A stretch of 64,000 bases of DNA from Octopus vulgaris (Eukaryota): positions 12,710,001-12,774,000 of the forward strand of contig OX597836.1 of assembly GCA_951406725.2 (NCBI GenBank), given 5' to 3'. Shown here piece by piece: positions 25,381 through 39,858 of this stretch (positions within the stretch are counted from its first letter, which is position 1; the number at the start of each line of letters is the position of its first letter). Made by a program: the position numbers and the translations under genes. The notes under the pieces are model-generated. The model worked only from the letters and a program-made list of their open reading frames with translations, had not been told where the DNA came from and made no database searches.

Positions 25381-26300
25381 TGTGGAGGCGCAATGGCCCA
25401 GTGGTTAGGGCAGCAGACTCGTGGTCGTAGCATCGCAGTTTCGATTCCCAGACCGGGCATTCATCATCATCATCGTTTAACGTCCGCTTTCCATGGTGGC
25501 ATGGGTTGGACGGTTCAACTGGGGTCTAGGAAGCCAGAAGGCTGCACCAGGCCCAGTCTCATCTGGCAATGTTTCTACGGCTGGATGCCCTTCCTAATGC
25601 CAACCCCTCCATGAGTGTAGTAAGTGCTTTTTACGTGCCACCGGCACAGGTGCCAGATGGGGCTGGCAAACGGCCATGGTCGGATGGTGCTTTTTGAGTG
25701 CCACTGGCATGGAGGCCAGGCGAGGCTGGCAACGGCAAGCAAAAGCACCTAAAGCTCCACAAGGCTCTGGCTAGGGGTGGTGGGGAACCCTGCTGTGCTA
25801 CAGGACCTTATCAGAAGGCTGCGATTGGTTGGGTTGCACATTGGTGCATAATAGAGCAAGAGACAAACTGCGCCAATACCAACCAATCAGAGTAGTGGAC
25901 ACAACAGGGTCCAAATGGCCGAAGGCTAGCTGTTATCTGCTACATCCGTTCCCAGACCAGGCATTGTGAGTGTTTATTGAGTGAAAACACCTAAAGCTCC
26001 ATGAGGCTCCAGCCATGGGTGGTGGTGACCCCTGCTGTACTCTTTCACCACAACTTTCTCTCACACTTTCTTCCTGCTTCTGTTGTACCTGTATTTCAAA
26101 GGGTCAGCCTTGTCACACTCTGTGTCACGCTGAATCCCCCTGAGAACTACGTTAAGGGTACACATGTCTGTGGAGTGCTCAGCCACTTGCACATTAATAA
26201 ATGAGCTGCGACATCAATAAATGAGCTGCGACAATGGCCCAGCGGTTAGGGCAGCAGACTCTTAGCCGTAGGATCGCAGTTTCAATTCACAGACCAGGTC
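25381..26300 (+). mobile_element. SINE family D fragments with a nested minus-strand RTE 3' UTR (about 25461-25737)
   Basis: tgtggaggcgcaatggcccagtggttaggg...gtttcgattccc head; body matches 58252-58626. Confidence 0.8.
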
Positions 26301-26380
26301 AAAAGACTACACCGAATCCTGCTGTCTGTTTCAGCATGGTTTCCACAGCTGGTTGCCCTTCCTAACGACTTTACAGAGTG

Positions 26381-26637
26381 TAATAATAAATGCACCCTTT
26401 TAAAGCCTAGCCACACTCATGGGCCCGGTATCCCGGTTCTATGGGGAATGTGTTCCCCAGCTGGATGGGACACCAATCCATCACAGCGTTACTCATTTTT
26501 GCCAGCTGAGTGGACTGGAGCAACGTGAAAAGAAGTGTTTTGCTCAAGAACACAACGCATCGCCCGGTCCAGGAATCGAAACCACAATCTTACGATCATG
26601 ATGCTGACACCCTAACCACTAAGCCAAGCACCTCCAC
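26381..26637 (-). mobile_element. tRNA-derived SINE family G, full length
   Basis: Minus strand A box tggcttagtgg, B box gtttcgattcc, CORE-like gttgtgttcttgagcaaaacactt...ccactcagctg, (ATT) tail. Confidence 0.8.
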
Positions 26638-26809
26638 TTACTGAGTGTACTGAGTTTAATTTACATGTCAGAGAGCTGGCAGAATCGTTAGCATGCTGGG
26701 CAAAATGCTTAGCAGTATTTCAACCTAGCATCGATTCCTTTGACTAAAAGCCTATAAGATGGTGCTCCAGCATGGCCACTGTCAAATGACTGAAAAAAAT
26801 GAATAAACG

Positions 26810-27365
26810 AATATATATATATATACATATAATACACACATATATATGCATATATACACATATACATATATTCATATGCACATATATATGCATATACATA
26901 TACACATATATACATGCATATATATATATATGCATATATGCACATATATATATATATGCATATATGCACATGCATATATATATATACATATATGCACATA
27001 TATATATACATATATGCACATATATATATATATACATATATGCACATACATATATATACATATATGCACATACATATATATACATATATGCACATACATA
27101 TATATACATATATGCACATACATATATATACATATATGCACATACATATATATACATATATGCACATATATATATATACATATATGCACATATATATATA
27201 TACATATATGCACATACACATATATACACATATATGCACATACACATATACACACATGCATATATACATATGCACATATATATGCAAATACATATACACA
27301 TATATGCATGCATATATATATATATATATATATACATATATGCACATACATATACACACACACAG
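26810..27365. repeat. 24-bp minisatellite (tatatgcacatacatatatataca)n
   Basis: Regular units visible; source of the CAYMYIY ORFs. Confidence 0.9.
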
Positions 27366-27878
27366 ATATAGGAAAGAGAGTTTGCCTAGCTAACGACATG
27401 CCATTGAATAAGAATCTCACAGCTTAAAATATGACATCGAATATACGGATAAACCATTATGAGTTATGAGAATATATGAAAGATAGCAATCAAATATTTT
27501 TCAAAAAATGATCAGCTAAAAACCAGAAAATCTAGCTTGATTATTAAAGAATTATATTGGTTGCGGAATGATAAGGCAATTAGAAGGAAACTGATATTGC
27601 TTTCATTTCAGAAACCCAGTGTGTTTCTGTTGAAGAAAGAACATGATTCTGCCATATCTCGTATCCATTTGTTTCTTTTTTTCTGTTCTCTTTATTGCAT
27701 GACCTGTATATCTATCTGTTTCTTTATCAATCTATACCTAGAAAGAACAAGATAATTAGTATCTCTTCCTCTTTGTCTCTGTCGAAGATAACAGTTATTC
27801 GTTCATGTACATAGAGATGGAAATGTAAGAGGTTTGATCTAATGCTCTAGTTCCCTATATAAAAATACGTAAGTGGGA

Positions 27879-28465
27879 AGGCGGCGAGCTGGCAGAAACG
27901 TTAGCACGACGGGCGAAATGCGTAGCCGTATTTTGTCTGTCGTTACGTTCTGAGTTCAAATTCCGCCGAGGTCGACTTTGCCTTTCATCCTTTCGGGGTC
28001 AATAAATTAAGTACCAGTTAATATATCGACATTAATCTGTTTGTCTGTCCTTGTTTATCCTCTCTGTGTTTAACCCCTTGTGGGTAGTAAAGAAATAGGC
28101 ATTTCGTCTGCCATTACGTTCTGAGTTAAAATTCCGCCGAGATTGGCTTTGCCTTTCACCCTTTCAGGGTCAATAAATTAAGTACCAGTTATGCACTGGG
28201 GTCGATGTAATCGACTTAATCCCTTTGTCTGTCCTTGTTTGTCCCCTCTGTGTTTAACCCCTTGTAGGTAGTAAAGAAATAGGCATTTCGTCTGCCATTA
28301 CGTTCTGAGTTCAAATTCCGCCGAGGCTGACTTTGCCTTTCATCCTTTCGGAGTCGATTAAATAAGTACCAGTTATGCACTGGGGTCGATATAATTGACT
28401 TAATCCTTTTGTCTGTCCTTGTTTGTCCCCTCTGTGTTTAGCCCCTCGTGGGCAATAAAGAAATA
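27879..28465 (+). mobile_element. SINE family A trimer with 16-bp TSD
   Basis: TSD aaatacgtaagt(g/a)gga at 27863-27878 and 28477-28492. Confidence 0.92.
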
Positions 28466-28579
28466 TATATATATATAAATACGTAAGTAGGATTTGCTAC
28501 AGTGTTAATTCATTTGCAATAAATCTCTGAAAGATGTTGTATATATGCATATATTACATGTATTTCACATCATTCTTTT

Positions 28580-29245
28580 TGCTGGGGGCCAGTGGCACGT
28601 AAAAAAAGTAGTGGGTGCTTTTTATGTGCCACCGGCACGGAGGTCAGTGGCATGTAAAAAGCACCCACTATACTCTCGGAGTGGTTGGCGTTAAGAAGGG
28701 CATCCAGCTGTAGAAACTCTGCCAGATCAAGATTAGGGCCTGGTGCAGCCATCTGGTTTGCCAGCCCTCAGTCAAAATCGTCCAACCCATGCTAGCATGG
28801 AAAGCAGACGTTAAATGATGATGATAAGTTTTGTTTGTTTGCTTTTCTCCCAAAAAAAACTTGTAACACACAAACGTCATCATCATCGTTTAACGTCCGC
28901 TTTCCATGCTGGCATGGGTTGGACAATTTTGACTGAGGGCTAGCAAACCAGATGGCTGCACCAGGCTCCAATCTGATCTGGCAGAGTTTCTACAGCTGGA
29001 TGCCCTTACTAGCGCCAACCACTCCGAGAGTGTAGTGAGTGCTTTTATGTGCCACTGGCACGGGGGCCAGTCAGGTGGTACTGGCAACGGCCACGCTCAA
29101 ATGGTGCTTTTTATGTGCCACCTGCACTGGAGCCAGTCCAGCGGCACTGGCAATGACCTCGCTCGAATGTTTTTTCACGTGCCACCAACACAAGTGCCAG
29201 TAAGGCGATGCAGGTAACGATCACGTTCGAATGGTGTTTTTTTAT
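28580..29245. mobile_element. Two RTE 3' UTR copies in tail-to-tail inverted orientation
   Basis: + copy ends about 28826 and - copy starts about 28878. Confidence 0.85.
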
Positions 29246-29457
29246 GTATATAAATAGATAGATAGATAGATAGATGGATAGGCAGACAGACAGGCAGACA
29301 GATAGACACAGACAGACATACAGACAGATACGCTCACTTCCGTATTACTTTACAATTGCATGTCTAACAGTTATAAATTGGCAAATGCGCATGTTTCTCT
29401 GTAAATACACACACACACATATATATATATACACACGCAAACACGTTTATACATACA

Positions 29458-29844
29458 CTAGCAGTATCGCCCGGCGTTGCTCAGGTTTGTAAGGGAAATA
29501 ACTATAAAGCATTTTTAGAGAGTTATAGCCAAAAAATAGCAAAAATATGGAAAAAAAATGATGGTAAATTTTTTTTTGAGATTTAAAAAAGGTAGAGTTG
29601 CGTCCCCTAGACAGTTTGTGGTTCGTGTTTCTGATTCTCGACCCCATGTCGAATTTATCGATTTTTTTTCAGAACTGGGGGAACTTTTCAAAATTTTCGC
29701 TGCGTTTGTTTTGAATTATGACATTGGGCTATGTGTGTGTCAAATTTCATCAGAATCGGTTGAAAGCCGTGGTCAGAGTGAGGGTACGAGAAAACAGACA
29801 CACAGAAACACGCACAGACAAACTGCCGTTTATATAGAGAGAGA
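29458..29844 (-). mobile_element. Non-autonomous Helitron
   Basis: Minus strand: A|TCtctctatataaa 5' end; 3' subterminal GC hairpin then CTAG|T; no TSD. Confidence 0.75.
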
Positions 29845-30351
29845 TTTTTATATACATAGTTACACAAATATCTAAACATATGCATATATACATATGTATA
29901 CATAACTGCACACATAATTTACATGCACCCTCACATTCACACACACACCTACACACTTACCCACCCACTTACACACACACACACACACACACCGTTTAAT
30001 GTTTTTACATTCTGGAATCAAAGTTAATGACGTCAGTAGTCAAGACAGTATCATTCTGTTAATCCGTTATTCGTTTATTCTTTCTTATCTGCAAACTGTT
30101 GTGCTTGCTCATTACCAAATGAATTATCGGCACGAATCACATCTGAAAGATCACAGACTTGCATTACGTGAGTGTGAAACTTTAAGTAATGCACTAATAA
30201 GCCATTAGATGTGTAATTACATTAACATAAAGTCTACAGAATCTACTCAGGGATAACATCTGGCATTTGTGCACATAAATGTGTGTGTGTGTATGTGTGA
30301 ATACATAGATAGGTAAAGACATATGTATAGATTTAAATATATGTATATTCA

Positions 30352-30738
30352 TAGGCACAGGAGTGGCTGTGTGGTAAGTAGCTTGCTAACTGACCACATG
30401 GTTCCGGGTTCAGTCCCACTGCGTGGCACCTTGGGCAAGTGTCTTCTGCTATAGCCCCGGGCCGACCAATGCCGGAAACTGAAAGAAGCTCGTCGTATAT
30501 ATGTATATGTGTGTGTGCGTGTATGTTTGTGTGTCTGTGTTTGTCCCCCTAGCATTGCTTGACAACCGATGCTGGTGTGTTTACGTCCCCGTTACTTAGT
30601 GGTTCGGCAAAAGAGACCGATAGAATAAGTACTGGGCTTACAAAAGAATAAGTCCCGGGGTCGAGTTGCTCGATTAAAGGCGGTGCTCCAGCATGGCCGC
30701 AGTCAAATGACTGAAACAAGTAAAAGAGTAAAAGAGTA
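30352..30738 (+). mobile_element. SINE family B
   Basis: Head, CORE-like block, internal microsatellite and tail. Confidence 0.9.
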
Positions 30739-31058
30739 TTCATATTCATATATATGTGGAGGCACAATGGCCCAGTCGATTCCCAGACCGGGCGTTGTGA
30801 GTGTTTATTGAGCAAAAACACCTAAAAGCTCCACGAGACTCCGGCAGGGGGGTGGTGGTGAACCCTGCTGTACTCTTTCGACACAACTTTCTCTCTTTCT
30901 TTGTCTGTTGTGAAATAAGAAGTGTTTTGCTTAAGAACAACTCAGGGAATCGAACCCACAGTCTAGAGATCATGAGTGCAACAGTCTAACCACTAGGCCA
31001 TGCACCTTCACTCCTTGATTGACCAGATAAATTACATAACTCAACAGAAATATCCCAC

Positions 31059-31310
31059 GGGCATATGGCATAGTGGTTAAGAGCGTGGGCTACTAACCCC
31101 AAGATTCTGAGTTCGATTCCAAGCAGTGACCTGAACAAAAATAACAATAATAATAATAACATTGAAAAATACCTTAGGAATGGGAACTCAGATTCGAAAT
31201 TTCCCCCAAGACACCTGAAGAAGGCTGGAGGGTATATCAGCCGAAACGTTGTGTTAACAACAAACAAGATGAGGACAAATATCCGTTGAAAGTAAATAAC
31301 ATAAATAATG
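31059..31310 (+). mobile_element. tRNA-headed SINE family F carrying a hammerhead motif (31210-31255)
   Basis: A box TGGCATAGTGG, B box GAGTTCGATTCC, (AAT)n linker, gacac-CTGAAGA-a-ggctg..cagcc-GAAAC-GTT-gtgtt. Confidence 0.75.
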
Positions 31311-31595
31311 CAGAAATGTAGAATATTCTTTAACACATTATAAATGAAAAGCTCCAGTTTCCAGGACTCCATATTGCTTGTTTCCAATCATCAGTCAGTA
31401 AATTGATCTTAGTTTCCTTTGCAATATTCATTCTCTGAATTGTCTTTGAAATAAGAAATGAAAGTTTGACAGAAACGCTTATTGTTAGGTTCTTTTGTTT
31501 AAAAGCCTTTGTTAATGACAGGTGCAAAAACAGCTGCTTCCAGCTCTCACTTTTTATTTCGTACCTGGTTCTCATGGTAATATTATTATAAACAA

Positions 31596-31630
<35 letters not shown>

Positions 31631-31631
31631 A

Positions 31632-31850
31632 AAGGCAGTGAGCTGGCAGAATCGTTAGCATACTGGACAAAATGCTCAGCAGTATTTCGCCCGTTGCTAC
31701 GTTCTGAGTTCAAATTCCACCAAGGTCGACTTTGCCTTTTATCCTTTCGGGGTCAATAAATTAAATACCAATAAAACACTGGGGTCGATGTACACAACTA
31801 GTCCCCTCCTGCAAAATTTCAGGCCTTCTGCCTTTAGTAGAAAGGATTAT
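31632..31850 (+). mobile_element. SINE family A monomer (variant tail)
   Basis: aggcagtgagctggcagaatcgttagc...gagttcaaattcc. Confidence 0.8.
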
Positions 31851-31870
31851 GAGCATTATAATTTCTATAT

Positions 31871-32034
31871 AGGTGCAGGAGTGGCTGTGTGGTAAGTAGC
31901 TTGCTTACCAACCACATGGTTCTGGGTTCAGTCCCACTGTGTGGCACCTTGGGCAAGTGTCTTCTACCACAGTCTTGGGCCGACCAAAGCCTTGTGAGTG
32001 GATTTGGTAGATGGAAACTGAAAGAAGCCCATCG

Positions 32035-32070
<36 letters not shown>

Positions 32071-32284
32071 AGTGTGTGTATATGTTTGTCCCCCCAACAT
32101 TGCTTGACAACCGATGTTGGTGTGTTTACGTCCCCGTAATGGAGCGGTTCGGCAAAAGTGACCAATAGAATAAGAACTAGGCTTAAAAAGAATAAGTCTT
32201 GAGGGCCGATTTGCTCGACTAAAGGCGGTGCTCCAGCATGGCCACAGTCAAATGACTGAAACAAGTAAAAGAGTAAAAGAGTAA
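31871..32284 (+). mobile_element. SINE family B
   Basis: Full-length family-B structure. Confidence 0.9.
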
Positions 32285-32733
32285 ATAAGCTTTACATTTG
32301 ACAGTCTAATCTGAACGCTAAAGGGTTAAGCCTTCACAATAATCAATATAATCCTGACCAAAAAACCCCACTGGTGCTGCATTCATCATAATTAATTCCA
32401 ATCAAACCTCATCAATCATCAGAAACCTCGTAAACATTTTAGCTGAAATCTGTCAAGCAATTCATCAAACATAATTTTCTTTAACAAAACAGCCCATATT
32501 TATAAAAGACACGTTATCATTTAGTGGCTTTTGACTGCTTTTGATATCCTATTTGAATAGCAGCCTGCTTTCGGTAGCAGAAACACGTGCCCTACATCTT
32601 CTATAGCCAAGCGATGTCTTTTTTTACTTGTTTTATCCTTCCCAAGACAATTTCCAAAAAGATCTTTTAACATTTGAATGTATATATGTATGTACGTAAA
32701 CAGACAGACAGATAGATAGATCGATAGATGTAC

Positions 32734-32796
<63 letters not shown>

Positions 32797-32847
32797 AATA
32801 TATTTGTGTGTATGTGAATGAATATATATATATATATATATATATAT

Positions 32848-33250
32848 GCAGGAGTGGCTGTGTGGTAAGTAGCTTGCTAACCAACCACATGGTTCCGGGT
32901 TCAGTCCCACTGCGTGGCACCTTGGGCAAGTGTCTTCTGCTATAGCCCCGGGCCGACCAATGCCTTATGAGTGGATTTGGTTGACGGAAACTGAAAGAAG
33001 CCTGTCGTATATATGTATATATATGTGTGTATGTGTGTGTGTGTGTGTTTGTGTGCATATGTCTGTCTCCCTAGCATTACTTGACAACCGATGCTGGTGT
33101 GTTTACGTCCCCGTCACTTAGCGGTTCGGCAAAAGAGACCAATAGAATAACTGGGCTTACAAAGAATAAGTCGCGGGGTCAATTTGCTTGACTAAAGGCG
33201 GTGCTCCAGCATGGCCACAGTCAAATGACTGAAACAAATAAAAGAGTAAA
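32848..33250 (+). mobile_element. SINE family B
   Basis: Full-length family-B structure. Confidence 0.9.
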
Positions 33251-33260
33251 ACAGTATATG

Positions 33261-33294
<34 letters not shown>

Positions 33295-33904
33295 AAAATA
33301 CAGTGTACATTTAAATACATAAGAGATGGCCATAGAAGGTCATCTGACTCGCTAGAAAGAGTAGTTAAACTACAAACAACTAATAGTTGTAATTCTGAAA
33401 GGGAATGAAAACTAAAAAACATTTACCCTATTTTTCCTGGACTATGCATAGTTTCAAGCAATCTTTTGTAAATGAAATAATTTACAATTGGCGTTGCTCT
33501 CTTCAGCAGGAAGCCAAGGCTAAAATATACATACAAGGCGATAAAGAACATGCCATGTGTTTATATGTTATGATCTTTCAAAATCCACCACGCACGCGCG
33601 GTTGTTGTTGTTTTTTTTGTTTTTTTTTTTTGTTTTTTTTGCTGCAAAAAGAAACAAGTGCTGATATTCTTTCAAAATTAGCCAAAAAACCTTTTATCAT
33701 TAATTAATATTGTTGCATTTGCTGCCGAAAAATCTTGCGATCAACAAGAAGGTGAATCTCAATGACCTTTCTCTGTGCGCAGTTTGTGACAGACCATGCC
33801 TTTCTTTTGCTGGGCTCAAAATCTCATTTGTGGACCCATGAAAATTGAACCTCCGCCAACTACTATGCCTGTCTATTTGTGCACACCATTCAATGCCGTG
33901 TATG

Positions 33905-35673
33905 CCGTAATAACGATCTTGATGCATGGATTATAGCCTTTTTATTGCCATCATCGTACTTATGCAGAAAAAGTACGGCTCCTACACTGTACTCACTTGG
34001 ATCTGTAGCCAGTGTAATTTCCAGCTTTGGATCAAAATGTGTCAATGATAGGGCCATCCGATCGTGGCCGTTGCCAGCCTCGCCTGGCCCCCGTGCCAGT
34101 GGCGCGTAAAAAGCACCATCCGTCCGTGGCCGTTTGCCAGCTCCGTCTGGCACCTGTGTGGGTGGCACGTAAAAAGCACCCACTACACTCATGGAGTGGT
34201 TGGCGTTAGGAAGGGCATCCAACCGTAAAAACATTGCCAGATCAGACTGGGCCTGATGCAGCGTTCTGGCTTCACAGACCCCAGTTGAACTGTCCAACCC
34301 ATGCTAGCATGGAAAGTGGATGCTAAATGATGATGATGATGATAGGTCCAAAGTTAAAATACTTTGCAATTCATCGAATGCCTTCTGGCATTTATCCATC
34401 CAACGCCATTCTGTATTATTTTTCTACTGATCATTAAGTGGGGCCTTTACATCATGTATGTTTGGAATGTAGATTTAGTAATAATTTACCAAACCCCAAA
34501 ATGCCTGCAGCATAGTTACATTTTTCAGTGTCGGCATATTCATTCTCTACAGTTGTTGCCTTTGATAGATCCAGTTTTCTACCGTTTTTGTCAATTACTT
34601 GTCCTAAGTATTTCATTTTATTCAACAAGAACTCACATTTTGCCCTCTGTTAACTTGAACTCATATTCACCAATTTTCTGGCATTAATTCATCCACCTTT
34701 AACTTCTCGCATTCCCCGGTTTGCTCTACCAGCATATGTGATGTAGTCCTCAGCACTGTTTTTCTCTATGTTCAGACACTCCTGATGTATGTTGAACAAC
34801 GAGTGTTTTCCATTGAAAATTTTACACAATATATCTGTTGTATCATTAAAGTTTATGTCCGAAGGTTTTCTTGGGAGTACATAATTACTCTATAGTTCAT
34901 GTTCTGTTGGCACCAGTCTTCTCAAGATTCAGCACGTTTTCATCTCACCGTCTCAATCTTTACAATCTTTCTTGAAGATTTGCTCATATCTTCTGTAGTA
35001 TGCTTCGAAGGTAACTCCTTTATCAGGTTCATATTTGAACTCTTTAATGGAATTCTGTGGTGAGAACAATTTTTTCTGAATTTCCTGACTTCATTAATTG
35101 CAGCATTTGTTGCTGTAATAGTAATTGTTATTGTTCTTCTTCTTCTTTCAGTTGCTGTTGTTGCTGTTTTTGCAACCCAAGCACATCAACCAACAAATTT
35201 TCCATAATTTTTACCATTTTCTTCATAACATTGGCACAATAAAACTCTGTGATTTTCTTATTTCTCATGAGTTGTTAATTCCTTGTAGAGTTTATTAATG
35301 CCTCGTAAAGTTGTTTAAATCCTTGTCGAATTTATTAATTCCTCATGAGTTGTTAATTCCTCATAGACTTTAATCATTCCTCCTGAGTTGTTAATTCCTC
35401 ATAGACTTTATTAATTCCTCGTGAGTTGTTAATTCCTCATAGAATTCATTAATTCCTCATGAGTTGTTTAAATCCTTGTCACCGCTATTATAATCCTTTT
35501 AAATGTTAGACTGTTATAATGCCTACTTCAGTATACAGAACACTTAGTAAAACCAGTAAAGACACAACTATCTTTGACTGCCTACTACGTACTCTGGTAC
35601 TTCATGTACTTCTCTTTACTTATAATGACTAGGTCATACCATTCGTTATGTGGGAAGGGTGTACCCTACAACA
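33905..35673 (-). mobile_element. Internally deleted Ty3/Gypsy LTR retrotransposon remnant
   Basis: Putative LTR 35673-35486 starting TGTTGTAG; PBS-like gcggtgacaagg; gag FKYEPDKGVTFEAYYRRYEQIF; RT end LGQVIDKNG...GLVNYY...CQKAFDELQSILT; RNase H LTHFDPKLEITLATDPSEYSVGAVL. Confidence 0.85.
34053..34338 (+). mobile_element. RTE 3' UTR nested in the Gypsy RNase H region
   Basis: TSD atgatagg at 34045-34052 and 34339-34346; removal restores ILTLDLSLTHFDPK. Confidence 0.85.
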
Positions 35674-36019
35674 GAAATAAAAAAATAAATAAAAAATCGA
35701 TTTTCAGACAGTGGGCAGCTGCACATACGATAACTATAGCATCATCTAACAATGCAGACCTCTCTCAGACCCAAGCATCCACTGCTTGCCACTGTCTCTC
35801 ATTCAGTTGCTTTGAAGCATCAGTTGCTTTAGAATGAAAATAGTTCTGAAAAATATAAATCTGACTTATGACCAGATTGACTTATGACTTGTCATTTGGA
35901 ATGGAACTCAGTTTTAAGTCAAGGAAAAGGTGTATATTCATTTAACCCTTTTGTTACCCACCTGGCTCTGTAGTACAAATGTCTTGTTTTCATAAGTTTT
36001 GAATTAAAATCTTCCACCC

Positions 36020-36369
36020 GTACCAGTGGCAGATAAAAGCACCCAATATTACGCGCTGTAAAGTAGTTGGCATTAGGAAGGGCATCCATCCGTAGAAACC
36101 ATGCCACATCAGACCAGAGTCTGCTGCAGCCTTCCAGTTTACCAGCCCTGCTTAAACCGTCCAACCCATACCAGCATGGAGAACAGATGTTAAACAATGA
36201 TGATGAAGATGATGATGACAACGACGATGTTGTTGATGATGATGACGATGATGATGATGAGAACGACGATGTTGTTGATGATGATGATGACAATGATGAC
36301 AATGATGATGATGACAACGACGATGTTGTTGATGATGATGACGATGATGATGATGACAACGACGATGTT

Positions 36370-36400
<31 letters not shown>

Positions 36401-36843
36401 ACAACGACAACAATGATGATGATGACAACGACGATGTTGTTGATGATGATGATGATGATGATGACGATGATGACAACGACGATGTTGTTGATGATGATGA
36501 CGATGACAACAACGATGTTGATGATGATGATGATGACGATGATGATGACGATGATGATGACGACGACGACGATGATGATGACAATGACGATGATGACAAT
36601 GATGACGATGATGATGATGATGACAACGACGATGTTGTTGATGATGATGATGACAATGATGACGATGATGACAATGATGACGATGATGATGATGATGATG
36701 ACAATGATGACGATGATGATGACAACGTCGATGTTGTTGATGATGATGATGATGACAATGACGATGATGATGATGACAATGATGACGATGATGACAACGA
36801 CGACGATGACGATGATGACGACGACGATGATGATGATGTTGAT
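36020..36843 (+). repeat. RTE 3' UTR with tail expanded into a ~650-bp (GAT/GAC)n array
   Basis: UTR ends gatgttaaacaatgatgat and runs directly into units containing gacaacgacgatgttgtt. Confidence 0.9.
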
Positions 36844-37179
36844 ATGGCTATGCAGCCTTTCTATATCTTTCAACACCTCTACAAAAGTTCTACTCTTTCC
36901 GCGAAATCCATTTAGATAACATTGTGTGTTACTGAACAAACGAGTATCGAAACTTGAATCTTTATCATTAGCAGTGGTGTGATTTCGGTTTAGAAATCCT
37001 GGCACAGTGTGAATTTACAGTTCCGTGCACACATGGTATCTCAAGTTTAAATAATGTTATCGCTTTGAGTAATAGAGAAACTGTGTTTTGTCGGTAATAT
37101 CTTCATGAAAATATCTACCGAAATAAAGATATTTCCACAAGTTTAACTTTGAAGATTTCAACTACATCTTAAATTTAGC

Positions 37180-37234
<55 letters not shown>

Positions 37235-37276
37235 GTCGTGCGTGTGAATGTTTGTGAGTATGTATGTCTGTGTGAA

Positions 37277-37308
<32 letters not shown>

Positions 37309-37784
37309 GGAAAGAAAGAGAGAGTGAATTTATGTATGCATACAAGTATGTGTGTTTGATGCATATACAAATATATATGTGATAATGTGTAGGCTTGTCT
37401 ATACACATACACACACATCCATCCATGTATCTATATAAGTGTCTTTAATTGTCTATATATACACTCCATTTACTTTACAAATACACTTAGACATACATAT
37501 ATAATTAAAGACACACTTGAATATATCAATATATATTTATATATATATATATATATATACACACATCCACACATCAATGTGATTACATATGCATGCATGT
37601 ATATACATATGTGTGTACATCTGTATATACACCCACTCCATATTCTACACACATCAGTTCTCAATAAATACACAAGCGTATGTAATATTTCCATATTATG
37701 GAATTGAAAAATTATTCATATGTAATGTAAGTGTTTATACCCAAGAGTGCAAATACACACACATACACACACACACACACACAC

Positions 37785-37833
<49 letters not shown>

Positions 37834-37935
37834 TACAGACACACACACCTATTTATATGTCTGTGTGTATACATATATGTATAAATATATATATACCTAT
37901 CTATCTATCTACCTATATATATATATGTATGTATA

Positions 37936-37978
<43 letters not shown>

Positions 37979-38316
37979 GTGTGTGTTGTTACATATTCTT
38001 GCATGTATGCGTGAGTATGGTTGTTTACAATGGCAGTGGTATCAATCGGAGAGGTGATGGTGGAGAGATGGCATTTACAGACGTGTGATTCAACTATATA
38101 TACTTACTTAAATACTTATGTATATAATACAAATACATATATATATATAATACATATATATATATATATATATATAATAATATATATATATATATATAAT
38201 ACATATATATATAATACATATATATATAATACATATATATATATAATACACATATATATATAATACACACATATATATAATACATATATAGATATAATAC
38301 ATATATATATAATACA

Positions 38317-38352
<36 letters not shown>

Positions 38353-38679
38353 TGTGCATATGTATAAACACATAGTCATTGACATATATAGGCAATGAGG
38401 TAGAAACATACACACACATTCACACAAGAACACTCTTCAAAAGCTGAAAAGCTATCTGCTAAAACCAACACTGCCGCCGGCCATATAGCTCGCTGGCTAT
38501 TCAGTTAATAGTTTGCTAGATGCTTCTATTCCCTTTAGCAGACTCCTATAACCAATTTACTGGAACTAAACTTCCATTCTTGAAGACTAAATAATAAATA
38601 AAATAAAAAATAATAACACTGATAATAATAATAATAAAGTGTAAATAAAACAAACAACATTACAGACATACACACATAC

Positions 38680-39361
<682 letters not shown>

Positions 39362-39605
39362 TTTGTGCCTATCAAATACCACCGCCATTAAAATATGTTA
39401 TAAACTTCAAGAATGAGAATGAAATTTTAATATTACTCTAAAATGAAAAGGAAAAATACACGTTTTTTTTTTTTTTATTCCTTGTTGTTGATTGTAAGTA
39501 TAAACGTGTGTTTGGTATGAATGTATACGTATGTAGAAGTATGTATACGCGTATGGATTTGTACGTGTGTGTCTTTTCTGTAGGTATATTTTATGCATAA
39601 ATATT

Positions 39606-39639
<34 letters not shown>

Positions 39640-39816
39640 TGTTTCTGTGTGTATATGAGTGTTTCTGTATACATCTAAGTATGCATATGTATGTGTGTAT
39701 ATATATATATATATATGAACACACACACATACATATAATATACATAATATTATAATATATATATATATATATACACACACACAAACACAAACATATATAT
39801 ACAAAGTATATATATA

Positions 39817-39858
<42 letters not shown>

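Noticed and set aside
25381-25455. tRNA-like heads here and at 31059, 49695 and 58626 as tRNA genes
   Set aside because: They lack proper acceptor stems and continue into shared SINE bodies.
35919-37005. Long poly-D, poly-S, poly-M and poly-I ORFs (also 7224-7808)
   Set aside because: Open in several frames only because (GAT)n lacks stops; they begin inside RTE or SINE sequence and have no splice support.
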